From positions 32,001 to 96,000 of the forward strand of contig DAIDJN010000056.1 of NCBI GenBank assembly GCA_027451365.1: 64,000 nucleotides of DNA, read 5' to 3'. Of this stretch, positions 19,507 through 30,286 are shown piece after piece; positions within the stretch are counted from its first letter, which is position 1, and every line of letters begins with the position of its first letter. The translations under genes were made by a program, and so were the position numbers. The notes beneath the pieces were generated by a model. The model was not told where the DNA came from, did no database searches, and was given only the letters and a program-made list of their open reading frames with translations. The DNA comes from Phycisphaerales bacterium (GTDB lineage Bacteria > Planctomycetota > Phycisphaerae > WQYP01).

Positions 19507-20129
19507 CGTCTATCTCCATCAATTGACCCAGACCAACCGATTGAACCGGTTAGCAGGCACAATACGACCGTCAAATTCGCGAATTTTGGATGATTCGCGG
19601 CAAAAACAAGCCAATTCTGGCGATAAGACCGCACAGAATATGTTTGTATGAAAACCAACATACATTGGAATCAGGAGTTTGTCAATATTTTCCCCAACCG
19701 TGGTTTATTTTTATAACTGCCACCATTTGCGAATGCGGCGACCGCGCAATTTCCAAAACCTGATCACTGGCTCCGTCGCCTGGCTTAGACAAACAGACTC
19801 GCGTGACAACCGTTCAGGGCTATCCCTGATGTTCGACTTCCCATCTATCGGGTTCGTATGATGCACTCCGTCTACCCGGCTTTTTCCGAGTTTGGATAAC
19901 AGGCGTGCACCAGAAACAGGCCGTTATTTCTGCCGCGTCAACAGGTCTTGAAGCCGGGCCGGATTATCAGGCGGCGGAGCGTTGATAAAGGGAAATACAG
20001 TTGCCGAAAAGCCGAATATATGAACTTATATTGTGAGATGAATTTATCATTTATAAAAGATTTTCTGATGCCTCGATCGCCTGGTATTCCCCTCGCACGG
20101 GGCCTGAACCGGCACCGGCACCCGGACCG

Positions 20130-20480
20130 GTGGCTGGACCGCCGTGACCGGCGAAGGCTTAGCAGATCAATGTCTTCCAGCAGCATCGCGAGTTCACCGG
20201 TCTTGAACTTCACACGCGGCGAAGAGGGGTTCTCCACCGGGCGGGAAGCCGTAACGCGCCTTCCTCCAGCCGCTTGTACCAGATGGCCAGACCCTCACGA
20301 CCCAAAGTACAGTATTTTGAGGCGAACCCCGTGACGATCTGCGAACAAAAACAGGTCCCCTGATAACGGGTCCTGCCCCAGAGACTCGCGTGCCCATTGG
20401 GCCAGCGTGTCAAAGCCGCAACGCATATCCGTCGGTATCAGGCACAGAAAGTCCTGTACAGGTATCTGGCCATCCATGGC
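20130..20480 (-). mobile_element. IS66-family tnpB (Orf2) remnant, frameshifted
   Basis: PTDMRCGFDTL...DPLSGDLFLF...LKILYF // GLAIWYKRLEEG // ELAMLLEDIDL spread over three frames; no tnpC. Confidence 0.85.
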
Positions 20481-20737
20481 CCGCAGACTCGGAAGTGTGC
20501 ATCTTTCGGGCGGCCGGTTCCAGCCAGATTCGCCCGGATCGGCGCAGCCAGCGTCATTTCAACTCCTTGCGTAGCGGCATGTGAGTATACCCGCCGCGGG
20601 CAGTCTGTTCCAACGTGAGAGCGACCGGAATATCGGGCGATATGCCCGTGCCAGGACCGTCCTGATAAATCCCGAAGCCCACTGGGGCAACGGTGAACAG
20701 TTGGCCGACGTGGTATTCATCCCGTATACTTCCCGCC

Positions 20738-21727
20738 ATGCAAAAGGCCTGGTTTTATCTTCAGATGTGTATGGTGGGTCTGGTTCTGGCGACCGCCACG
20801 CGCAGCTTTGCCACACCACCCACCCGTCCCACCGCGCGCTGGCTGTTAAAAAACGGGGTCTGGGTGCCGCTGGTTCCCCCGAATCGCAATACTCCCGAAG
20901 GCCGCGTTGCAATCATGATTCAGAATTTCAACAACCGCCACTACAACCGCGTCACGGATCAGGCCAAATCCTGGTTGAAAAACAAGGCACTTAAAACCAA
21001 TCCGCTGGTGCCGGAGGTGCTGCTGCTGCGTGGCGACGCGTTTAACGCCATGGGGCAAAAATATGCCGCACTTTTCCCGTATGAAGACCTTCTGGATAAC
21101 TTTCCATCCAGTGCACTTTATGGTCCGTGCCTGCAACGGGAATACAATATTGCCATGGCTTTTTTAAGCGGCTACAAGCGGCGATTTCTGGGAATGCGTA
21201 TTCTGCCGGTGGATGGTGATGCGCTGCGGCTGCTGCGGCGCATTCAAGACCGCCAGCGCGGTTCACCTTTGGCGGAACTTTCCGGCATTACCGTTGCGGA
21301 TTATTATTACAAGAATGGCCGCTTTCAGCGGTCGTTTCAGTCTTACAGCGACTTTCTGCGGCGCTACCCCTACAGCCAGTTTGTGGTCAAGGCCACCATC
21401 CGCCAGTGTGAGGCGCTTCTGGCCACCTTTCGTGGCGTGCGATTTGATATGACCCCGCTGCACAATGCACAGGCGGAACTGGAAAATCTTCAGCAGGAAT
21501 ACCCGCAGCAGGCTTTGCGTATTCAGGCCAGGGCTATTGAGGCGCGAATTTATCAGATAGAAGGGAAGAAGGAACTTCAGATTGCACGGTTTTACATTCG
21601 ATTCAGCCACCCTAAGGCGGCACAGTTTTATTATCGTCGGGTTATTGCCGGCTGGCCGGATACCGTTTGGGCAACCAAGGCCCGCCGGGAATTAATCAAA
21701 CGTTTCGGCAAGGAGGCGGCCCCATGA
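20738..21727 (+). CDS. bamD: Outer membrane protein assembly factor BamD/ComL-like TPR protein
   Basis: Signal peptide, TPR helices (FLRRYPYSQF; ELQIARFY...AAQFYYRRVIAGWPDT); coupled to lptE. Confidence 0.8.
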   Translation: MQKAWFYLQMCMVGLVLATATRSFATPPTRPTARWLLKNGVWVPLVPPNRNTPEGRVAIMIQNFNNRHYNRVTDQAKSWLKNKALKTNPLVPEVLLLRGDAFNAMGQKYAALFPYEDLLDNFPSSALYGPCLQREYNIAMAFLSGYKRRFLGMRILPVDGDALRLLRRIQDRQRGSPLAELSGITVADYYYKNGRFQRSFQSYSDFLRRYPYSQFVVKATIRQCEALLATFRGVRFDMTPLHNAQAELENLQQEYPQQALRIQARAIEARIYQIEGKKELQIARFYIRFSHPKAAQFYYRRVIAGWPDTVWATKARRELIKRFGKEAAP

Positions 21728-22326
21728 TATTGCCCCCACAGCGATATCCGGATGGTTCCAGCCGGTGCGGCAGCGCGTATCGTCCGCCGCGTGAACGGTT
21801 ATCCCTTTTCACCGGACGCCGGTCTGCCATCGGCCGGATACTGGGCATATTTGCAATCGCGTCGGCCGGGCTTGCGCTGACGGGCTGCGGCTATACCGGT
21901 CAATCGTTGTATCCATCAGGAATTCACACGGTTGCAGTGCCGATCTGGAAAAACGATACCTTCCGCCACCAGATGGGTTTTCATCTGACCGAAGCAATTG
22001 ATAAAAACATTGAATCCAGAACACCCTATCGACTGGCATCGCTAAAACATGCGGATTCCGTCTTGCGCGGCACCATCGTGCAGGTTCAGGAAACACTGCT
22101 TTCCAACAGCTTTGAAACCAATCTTCCCCAGGAAACGCAGGTCACGGTGGTGGTGGACTTCACCTGGAAAGACCTGCGAACCGGTAAAATACTATCCGAA
22201 AGAAAGAAGTTCGCACGTTCGGCCAATACCATTCCTCAGATCGGCCAACAATTGTCCGATGCCGAACAGACTGCTATGGAAAAACTGGCACGCGCTATCG
22301 TGGCGCAAATGCAAAAGTCGTTCTGA
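21724..22326 (+). CDS. lptE: LPS assembly lipoprotein LptE-like
   Basis: Lipobox LTGC-GY, TVAVPIWKNDT, ADSVLRGTI; ATGA overlap with bamD. Confidence 0.8.
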   Translation: MILPPQRYPDGSSRCGSAYRPPRERLSLFTGRRSAIGRILGIFAIASAGLALTGCGYTGQSLYPSGIHTVAVPIWKNDTFRHQMGFHLTEAIDKNIESRTPYRLASLKHADSVLRGTIVQVQETLLSNSFETNLPQETQVTVVVDFTWKDLRTGKILSERKKFARSANTIPQIGQQLSDAEQTAMEKLARAIVAQMQKSF

Positions 22327-22468
22327 AGAATCGGTCGTATATAAAACTCACCATTCACGATTTTCAGAATTTTGTTTCATTACACCGGCGGCGACATGTT
22401 ACCGGCAACGGCCCGCCGCCATTCGGAGCGCAGAAACCGGCCAACACCGGCTGCAGAGACTGATCCCC

Positions 22469-23042
22469 TTACCACTGGCCCGTGGCCACATCACGCACGG
22501 GAGTCATGGTAATGTCATTCGTTGGCTGGCGTATTCAAAATTACCAAAGCAATGCAGCGCATCTGGAGATGTATCCCCGTTCTGATATTCTTTGGATCGT
22601 TCTGTGGCCACTGGATCGCCGGGACAGATAAACAATCCCGGTGCCGCCAAATCCTGCATCACCAATGCCCACATGCACGCCAAAGCCGAGCCGCATTGGG
22701 TCGCTTTGCCGCCAGCCCGGTAATAGCCTTTGATAACATCTTCCGCAGTTTGATGATCCCATTTTCGCGTTGTATCCACCCCATTTATAGAAATACCTGT
22801 TGCCAGTGGCCTTACCACGGGAAATTGTCCGTGATTGCTTTGGGCGTAAATTTCCATCGCCTGGATAATGCCGCGAACATTGACAGCGCACAGCAGTCGC
22901 TTTGTTTTTTCCCGGGCATGCATCCGCAGCTCTCGCTGGACATGGCAGCGATCACGAGGAATGCGGCCAAAGACAGGAGAATCAAGACTGCAACAAATTC
23001 GGTGCGTGTGAAAGCTCCGGATTTCCGCCAATGGATTCTCAT
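22469..23042 (-). pseudogene. Degraded prepilin-type (DUF1559-like) gene, paralog of 28448-29506
   Basis: GAFTRTEFVAVL // frameshift // AREKTKRLLCAVNVRGIIQAMEIYAQSN...FICPGDP // deletion // DITMTPVRDVATGQW*. Confidence 0.8.
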
Positions 23043-23153
23043 CGGTTGTCTAAAAAAAATGACCATGCAATGTGGCCCAATTCGCAGACAATGGTCGGAA
23101 AAACAAGGTGCCATAAACGCGCTTGCGGCACCCGGCCGCAATCGAGAATTTAA

Positions 23154-25424
23154 TTAAGGACCAGCGCGATTGAGCAATCTGGTGACCTGGGCATGATACA
23201 CGCGCATCGCTGGTCCGTGGGCAATCTTCAACGTGCAGTGCGACAGCACGACGTTGCGGGCGTTGACAATTTTCATGCCACTAAGGGCCGTAATCGACAC
23301 GTTCTTCAAATACACCCCGCGAATCGGCATTTCCGGCACGCCAATAATTTCGCCCGCCATTCGGCTGCCGGTCGCCCGAACGTTATCGATATCAATATTA
23401 CGCCATACTGGCGTGCGGCTGGTGATCGGTAATGCCTTGTCATCCTGGGCATTTTTCGGAACTTTCAAATAATAACTGACAATCTGTATCGGCATTTTAA
23501 CATCCGTCATCTTCAGATGCGAATACACCAGGTCGCGCACCACGCCGCCACGAAGCCGGTTGGATTTCAGCCGGATGCCGGCGTCGGTACGGTCAAACAG
23601 ACAATGCGTGACGGTTAAATTCCGCAGTCCGCCATAGGTAACAGACCCCACCGACATGCCATGTCCATGGTCGAAAGTACAATTCCGGATCAGAAAATTT
23701 TCACACGATGGACGTTGCCATGTCGACTTGCCAGCGGCCTTAATGGCAATGCAATCGTCTCCTTCATCAAACCGACAACCGGTGATCAGGTAGTTCCAGC
23801 CGGAAGGATCGATGCCGTCTGTGTTCGGAGAATGCTGCGGTGCCCGAATGGTCAGGCCGGCAATGACCACATCCCGGCATTCCTGCGGGAAAAGATGAAA
23901 GCTGGGCGAATTTTCCAGCGTTACATTGGAAACCAGCACGCGGCGGCAATGGCGCAGCACCACCAGTTGCGGGCGGCGCATGGGAACCGGTGTGGGCGCA
24001 GAGTGTTGGCGTTTGGCTGCCCAGGCAATCCGCCACCACGGCCGCCCCTGGCCATCCAGCACGCCGTGGCCCGTAATTGCAATATCATGGGCATTCGTTG
24101 CCTCTAGACAGGGCTCGACATAACCCGGACCTTTCGCATAATCGGCCGGGTCTGTGGCAAACTGCAGCCTGCATCCCTTTTTCAGATGCAGATTGATATC
24201 ACTGTAAAGCGTCAGCGGACCGGTCAGATAATTTCCCGGACCGATGACCACTTCGCCACCGCCCGCCTGATGGCAGATATCCAGCACATTCTGCAGAAGA
24301 CGGGTTTGCGGCTGACTTAAATCGGGCTTCAGATGATAGTCCGCCATTGCAAATACCTGGGCGGGAATTCGCGGACCGCTGACTGCCAGAATTTCCGGCA
24401 GCAATGTCCTCTGGACGCGCTTTTCCGGATTCCACCCGTCATTTCCCGCCAAAACATGCCGCAGGGTCAGACGCGCTGCCTGCGCGGAAGTCAGAATGCG
24501 CGTCCAGGCCGCAATGTGTTTTGGGTGCCAGCCGGGTCCGCGGTTGGCGTATTGCGCGTAGCGAACGGTCTTTTTATCCATCGGATTGTGATGCCAGGTG
24601 ATCCACGCCGATGGCGCAATGCCCGCGGGCAGCCAAGTGTGCATGAACACCACATGGGCATATTGCCGCCATGGTCGGCCCAGCACCACGCTGCCCGGTC
24701 CGGTCAGGGCATCAAGTTTGCAATGGTTAAACACAAATCCGTCGGTCGCGCCCCGCGGTGTGCGCGCCGCGGTAACAAAACCATGGCCGAGGCAGTGAAT
24801 CAGGCAATGATTAAAGTAATCCGTCCCGGCGCCAAAGATAAAATCGGTCGCGCCGGAAATGGTGCAGTTCTCAAAATATTGCCGGTTTTTAGACACCAGG
24901 ACCGTGTCCTGCCAGCCGATGAAGCGGCAATGAAAAAATATGCAACGGTCGGCATCCACACGCAGCGCCAATGCCTGGCCGGTATTTCCCGCGGAATTGA
25001 CCATGGTGATGTTGGCGGCCGAAAAGCGATTGGCGCGAACCCAGACTGTGGGTGTGGCAAACGTGCCGATCGGTTTGCCGTTGGCGCCTTTCGCATTCGC
25101 ATTCAATGAAAACGTGATGATCGTATGGCGGGTTTGCCCGTCTTCCCCCAGAAAAGTCAGCGGTGGCAAATGCGGCCCCACCACCACACGCTGCGTGTAA
25201 ACGCCCGGCTTGATGAAAACAATCACCGGCACTTTTGTGCCGGGTTTAATGGAATCCACCGCGCGCTGCACCGACCGGAACTGGCCGGAGCCATTTTTCG
25301 CAACGGTTATCCAGTTTGCGGCGCCTGCCCGGGCGATTCCGGTACACGCTATCCAAAAGAATAAACCCGCGGTGCTCAGCATGACCGCGGCCCGAGCGAA
25401 TCGATTGTGGATATGGGCAACCAT
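23154..25424 (-). CDS. Secreted pectin methylesterase (CE8) - polygalacturonase (GH28) fusion
   Basis: CE8 motifs QALAL, GWQDT, DFIFG, LGRPW; GH28 motifs NTDG, GDDC, GHG, RLKS; signal peptide. Confidence 0.92.
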   Translation of the reverse strand: MVAHIHNRFARAAVMLSTAGLFFWIACTGIARAGAANWITVAKNGSGQFRSVQRAVDSIKPGTKVPVIVFIKPGVYTQRVVVGPHLPPLTFLGEDGQTRHTIITFSLNANAKGANGKPIGTFATPTVWVRANRFSAANITMVNSAGNTGQALALRVDADRCIFFHCRFIGWQDTVLVSKNRQYFENCTISGATDFIFGAGTDYFNHCLIHCLGHGFVTAARTPRGATDGFVFNHCKLDALTGPGSVVLGRPWRQYAHVVFMHTWLPAGIAPSAWITWHHNPMDKKTVRYAQYANRGPGWHPKHIAAWTRILTSAQAARLTLRHVLAGNDGWNPEKRVQRTLLPEILAVSGPRIPAQVFAMADYHLKPDLSQPQTRLLQNVLDICHQAGGGEVVIGPGNYLTGPLTLYSDINLHLKKGCRLQFATDPADYAKGPGYVEPCLEATNAHDIAITGHGVLDGQGRPWWRIAWAAKRQHSAPTPVPMRRPQLVVLRHCRRVLVSNVTLENSPSFHLFPQECRDVVIAGLTIRAPQHSPNTDGIDPSGWNYLITGCRFDEGDDCIAIKAAGKSTWQRPSCENFLIRNCTFDHGHGMSVGSVTYGGLRNLTVTHCLFDRTDAGIRLKSNRLRGGVVRDLVYSHLKMTDVKMPIQIVSYYLKVPKNAQDDKALPITSRTPVWRNIDIDNVRATGSRMAGEIIGVPEMPIRGVYLKNVSITALSGMKIVNARNVVLSHCTLKIAHGPAMRVYHAQVTRLLNRAGP

Positions 25425-25623
25425 TACAAACTCCTGCCCGGGATATCGGGCATCAGAAAAGCCGCTTTTTGGGGCCGGTGGTCAGAACCGTCAGGCCGCC
25501 GGCGTCCCTCGCCGGAATGCCGCCGCGCTTCGGTCGCAGTGGCCGCCGCAAGAAAATGAATAATAATACATATAAACATGATATATGCTCAACTGAAATG
25601 TGGTGCCGCGTCCGTTGGCGGAA

Positions 25624-27009
25624 TCAGGGCGTCGGCAGACCGGTGTGAAGATTAATTCCGCGGATCCCCGCGGAGAAAGCCATTATCGCCGGACCCCGCG
25701 CCGCGGAAATAGTGGACCGGACAAACCGCACCGCGCGGGCGTTGATAATGGTAAACCCGCGATCCGCTTTAATGTGCACATGATCGAATACAATATCGGA
25801 TGCGGGAAGTCGGGCAAGGGCGGAAATTCTGCCCGCATGCACCGCCTTTACCGCGGTTATATTGCGGAACAACACATGTTGCCAGACAGGCAAATGCCGC
25901 CGGGTCCGCAACGCCGGAATCTGCGAAGGAACCTTCGGCTTTGCGGGATAAAAGCTGTTAATGAAAAATGGCAGCCGGACATCAGTCATTTTCAAATTCT
26001 CATACACCAGGTCTTCCGTCAGGCCGCCGTAGCCCGGACCGGCCTTCAGGCGAATGCCGCGGTGGGTATGGTCAAAGGTGCAGTCCCGCACCACCACATA
26101 CCGCAGGCATCCGTTGGTTTGTCCGCCGACCGACATGCCATGGCCATGCCGGAACACGCAATGTGTGATCAGGAAATGTTCACACGATGGATGAGCGGGT
26201 GTGCCGTTCCGCGCACCGGCCTTAATGGCGATGCAGTCGTCCCCTTCATCAAATGTGCAACCGGTAATGTAATAGTTGTGCCCGGAAGGATCCAGGGCAT
26301 CGGTATTTTCCGCGGTGGGCGGGGCGGTAATGATGACGTTCCGTATGACCACATCATTGCATCCACCCGGCACCAGATGAAACATGGGAGAATTCTCCAG
26401 GTGCACATCGGCTACCAGAAGGCGTGTGCAATCGGTGATGCGCACCAGCATGGGCCGGTGTGGAAGTCTGGGCGGATGTTCATGGCCTTTCCGCTTGCGA
26501 TACAGCGGCCACCAGGCCTGGCCCTGACCGTCAATGGTGCCATGGCCGGTAATTGCCAGATCGTGGCAATGATATGCTGAAATGCAGTCCTGGTATCCTG
26601 GATGGGCACGGCCTTGGATTTTCCGGTGGGGCATATAATCCTGAAAATGTGTCGTCATCAGCAGCATGGCACCTCTGGCCAGATGCAGATTCATGGCACT
26701 GGCCAGCACAATTGGCCCGCTTAGGTAACGCCCGGCGGGAATCAGCACTTCGCCACCGCCGGCTTTTTCACAGGCGTTTATGGTGGTCTGAATGGCATGG
26801 GTGCAAAGCGTGTGGCCGCCGGAACGCGCGCCGAAGCTGGTAACGCTGAACACCCGGTGGCTGATGCGCGGCAGGTCCCGCCGCGCCATACGATGGATGG
26901 ACTGTTCCATCGGCTTAACCCAGCTGGGAACGGCCCCCAATGCTGGAACAGACGCAAGACCGGCAAGCAGAAGAACGGATAGCCGCATCCGGGTCATATA
27001 GCCTTCCAT
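25624..27009 (-). CDS. Secreted GH28 polygalacturonase
   Basis: NTDA, GDDC, GHG, RLKA motifs; signal peptide. Confidence 0.92.
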   Translation of the reverse strand: MEGYMTRMRLSVLLLAGLASVPALGAVPSWVKPMEQSIHRMARRDLPRISHRVFSVTSFGARSGGHTLCTHAIQTTINACEKAGGGEVLIPAGRYLSGPIVLASAMNLHLARGAMLLMTTHFQDYMPHRKIQGRAHPGYQDCISAYHCHDLAITGHGTIDGQGQAWWPLYRKRKGHEHPPRLPHRPMLVRITDCTRLLVADVHLENSPMFHLVPGGCNDVVIRNVIITAPPTAENTDALDPSGHNYYITGCTFDEGDDCIAIKAGARNGTPAHPSCEHFLITHCVFRHGHGMSVGGQTNGCLRYVVVRDCTFDHTHRGIRLKAGPGYGGLTEDLVYENLKMTDVRLPFFINSFYPAKPKVPSQIPALRTRRHLPVWQHVLFRNITAVKAVHAGRISALARLPASDIVFDHVHIKADRGFTIINARAVRFVRSTISAARGPAIMAFSAGIRGINLHTGLPTP

Positions 27010-27169
27010 CAGAAATTCCTTTCGGCAGAATGGAACATGAATAACAGTCTGGATAACCCGCATTTCACCGCTCCAGCCAATTCAAGCAACCCGAATCTGC
27101 GGACGCGCCGGTAAAATCTGCGTATGGTCTGCGCCGGCAATCGGCGGAATTTGCCGACTGCGTTTCTTT

Positions 27170-28207
27170 TCATTTGCGCAGCTTCGTGGTGGTCTGGTTC
27201 ACCAGCAATTTTTCCGCGGGAAGCGGATTCCACCCATCGCTTCCGGCCAGCACATGGCGCACGGAAAAGCCTTGGGCGGCCTGCGGCTTTAATTGGCCTA
27301 TCCAGCCTGGAATTGGCCCGATCCCTTTGCCGGTATCGGCATATTCAATAAAACGGGCGGTTTCAGGATTTTTTTTGTCGTTCCAGTGTTGCCAGCGGGT
27401 TTTGTTGATTGCGGCTGGCATGCGGCAATGCAGCCAGGCGACGGCGGCATACGGTCCCCAGGGCCTTCCCAGCCAGGTATGGCCCTTGCCCGCAAGCGAC
27501 TGCACCACGCAGTGCCAGAAAACAAAACCAAATGGCGCATTTTGCGGTGTGCGCGCCGCGGTGATGCAGCCATAACCCAGCGACGTGATTCGACAATGAT
27601 TAAAAAATGCCGTCGCATTGCCAAAAATAAAATCCACCGCGCCCAGAATGTGACACCGGTCAAAATACTGGCGGTTTTTGTTGAGTAGAATTGTGTCCTG
27701 CCAGCCCAGAAAGCGGCACCGATAAAAAATAGCTTTATCGCCATCCACGCGAATCGCCAGTGCCTGACCGTTGTAGCCATTGCCGGAAAGGCCGGCATCG
27801 TTGGCGAACGTCAAATTCGCCGCAGAAAAATTGTTGGCCCTCACCCACACACTTGCGGTGTGGAAGGTGCCCAATTCCTTCCCATCTGGACCTTTGTCGT
27901 GCGCAATAAGCGAATATACCAGCAGCGTATCACGCGCGTTTGTTCCCAGCAGGGTAATGGGCGGCAGGTGCCGCGGAATTATCAGATGTTCATGATAAAT
28001 GCCCGGTCGGATCATGATCGTCACCGGCGCATCGCTGTTTTTTGGAATCGCAGCTATCGCAGCGGAAACCGTGGTAAACCGCCCCTTCTGGCCATGCGGA
28101 GCAACGATAAGAACCGTCGGCGGCGCGGCGGTCAGGGATGGCAGGCTGGCAGGTGAAAAGGCTGCGCCACCAGACAACAATAATCCCAGGGAAATCAGCC
28201 ATTTCAT
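27170..28207 (-). CDS. Secreted pectin methylesterase (CE8)
   Basis: QALAI, GWQDT, GAVDFIFG, LGRPW; AGGAG RBS; signal peptide. Confidence 0.92.
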   Translation of the reverse strand: MKWLISLGLLLSGGAAFSPASLPSLTAAPPTVLIVAPHGQKGRFTTVSAAIAAIPKNSDAPVTIMIRPGIYHEHLIIPRHLPPITLLGTNARDTLLVYSLIAHDKGPDGKELGTFHTASVWVRANNFSAANLTFANDAGLSGNGYNGQALAIRVDGDKAIFYRCRFLGWQDTILLNKNRQYFDRCHILGAVDFIFGNATAFFNHCRITSLGYGCITAARTPQNAPFGFVFWHCVVQSLAGKGHTWLGRPWGPYAAVAWLHCRMPAAINKTRWQHWNDKKNPETARFIEYADTGKGIGPIPGWIGQLKPQAAQGFSVRHVLAGSDGWNPLPAEKLLVNQTTTKLRK

Positions 28208-28447
28208 TCGCACACTCCTGTCACCGGAATCAACATAATATCAGTTGCGTGATGATTGCCCCACCATTCCCAAGCCATCCTGCAAACGCCGTCGGTGTTG
28301 CGGCGTCAGATTCCGGAATCCGTTCGCCGCCCGCACCACAACCTCCGGCGTTCCGCACGCCGATTGGGACATTGCCGTTTTGATGGCCTCGCGGTAAACA
28401 CCAAATGACGACGTGCGGAACACCGGGGCGTCCACCGCGCCAAAGAA

Positions 28448-29506
28448 TTACCATTTCGTACCGCCAGGCTTTGAAATTTCCAGCCGCGGTACCATGCAGA
28501 TGTCGTATGGGGGAATATTCGGCGTAACGCCCGCCACGACCGGGCCCGCATGACTGCCGCCGTAACCCGTTAATTCGGTGGCCTGGAAACTCAAACCGTT
28601 CTGTCCGACCATGGCCGCGGTGCTGTCGTAGCAGAAAATATTGTCGGAATTCTGGCCGACATAAGGATTGTCCGACCAGGCGACGTGGCCATCGCCGAAG
28701 CCCACATTCTGTCCATCTCCATTATGATTGGGTGTATTATAAATATAGGGTCCATAAGTGTTTCCGCCGGGTAAGGCGTTGGTGATCCTTTGGGCGGATG
28801 TGCCAGCGCCATTGCCACCTTCCGGAACCGGCGCAATATCACTGACCAACGGAACATCCGCACCATCTTTGCTGCTCCACCACGCACCCGGTTCACCATT
28901 TGCCTGCCAGGGATAGGCGATGGAATAGCTTTCTCCTTGGCCATTGCCACCCACCGCGGACTGACTGGTGGACATGAAACTGAAGCAAACATACGTATTC
29001 GGCAGGCCGTTACCTGAAGTCAGGCCATATTCCAGCGATGGACCGATTGCGAATGGATCTGACGGACAGATGAAACTCTTGGGACTCATCGCGCCGGTCA
29101 GCACCAGCATCCACATGCACTGCAGCGGATCGGCAACAGGATTGGCCGTCGCTGCGGAAGCGTAATACGCCTGTACTGTGGAAAGCCCGCTTTTGCCGGG
29201 CGTGGTAAGTCCCACGCCGGCGACTCCGGTAGGAGCGTTATAAAATGTACCGGCGGAATTTCCTGGTGTGGTCGGAAAAATCGAATGATTGCTTTGCGCG
29301 TAAATGACCATGGACTGAACCAGACTGCGCACATTCGAAGAGCAGACCGCCCGATTCGCGTCTTCCTTGGCTTGCGCCAGTGCCGGCAGCAGAATCGCGA
29401 TCAGCAATGCGATGATGGAAATGACCACAAGAAGCTCAATTAGTGTAAAACCGCGCCCAACCGTTCCGGAATGCTTGTGTCTGTTGACCATGATAACTGT
29501 CTCCAT
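28448..29506 (-). CDS. Prepilin-type N-terminal cleavage/methylation protein with H-X9-DG motif (DUF1559-like)
   Basis: [45 protein letters not shown]. Confidence 0.92.
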   Translation of the reverse strand: METVIMVNRHKHSGTVGRGFTLIELLVVISIIALLIAILLPALAQAKEDANRAVCSSNVRSLVQSMVIYAQSNHSIFPTTPGNSAGTFYNAPTGVAGVGLTTPGKSGLSTVQAYYASAATANPVADPLQCMWMLVLTGAMSPKSFICPSDPFAIGPSLEYGLTSGNGLPNTYVCFSFMSTSQSAVGGNGQGESYSIAYPWQANGEPGAWWSSKDGADVPLVSDIAPVPEGGNGAGTSAQRITNALPGGNTYGPYIYNTPNHNGDGQNVGFGDGHVAWSDNPYVGQNSDNIFCYDSTAAMVGQNGLSFQATELTGYGGSHAGPVVAGVTPNIPPYDICMVPRLEISKPGGTKW

Positions 29507-30227
29507 AAAAACACCGGCGGCGGACCACATGTCCCGGCCGAAAAATTCACCACCGTCTCATGAACCGAACCCAAATCAGCTCAGGCAGCCGCAATAGATG
29601 CGCAAGGTTCGGACAATCAATTATTTCAGTTCGCCAAACCCGCCATTGCCTGCGATTATCTGGCTGCGGGTGCGTCCGTACTTTTCAAAAGACGTCGGCA
29701 GAAATGCCCGCGTCAAATGTGCTGGTCAGAACTTTTGTTCGCCAGAATTTAATATGACAGACGTCTGCGGCCGTCCTCGGCCGAATGACTGGCAAGTTCA
29801 AACAATGTTCAAACCAACCAGACCGGATACCGATAGCCGGAAAACTGAAGCTGGCGGACCTTTGATAAAGTCGATCAGAAAAAGCACCAGCGTCACGAAA
29901 TAATTCTAACACAAAAAAAATACATTGTCAAGCCGAAAATAAAAATATTGTTGGAATTATTCAATTAACATGCGCTGTGATTATGCGCACATTGTTTATT
30001 CGTGCCAAATTTGCCAAACTGGATATGTTTTAAAGCCAAATTATTAGATGTATTCGAAAAACAATCGATTTCGTCGAAAAATTAGGCATAAATGATTCCG
30101 AACGGCCTATTTTACGGTAGTCCTATAATCCGATTTCGTCGTCTCAATTCGCGCGACAAATTCACGATTTACTCAAAAATTGGTTGTAATTTGGCCTATC
30201 ATAATCTAGAATGGAAGTAACTTTTTA

Positions 30228-30241
30228 GCGCACAGGTGCGC
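30228..30241. promoter_or_regulatory. Palindrome GCGCAC-AG-GTGCGC, candidate operator in the divergent pectin/uxaC promoter region
   Basis: 6-bp perfect inverted repeat 45 nt upstream of the uronate isomerase start, within an AT-rich region. Confidence 0.35.
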
Positions 30242-30286
30242 AACACTTGATGGCTGAATGGCAGCCGTGATCATGTCGGAGATTTC

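Noticed and set aside
19639..19662. TATGTT-N12-AACATA as operator of the CI-like repressor
   Set aside because: Only 6-bp arms in AT-rich DNA and a single occurrence.
25600..26580. Long plus-strand ORFs opposite real genes (also 6848-7918, 13812-14522, 58894-60144, 60614-61399)
   Set aside because: Antisense shadows typical of GC-rich coding DNA; the opposite strand has clear family motifs.
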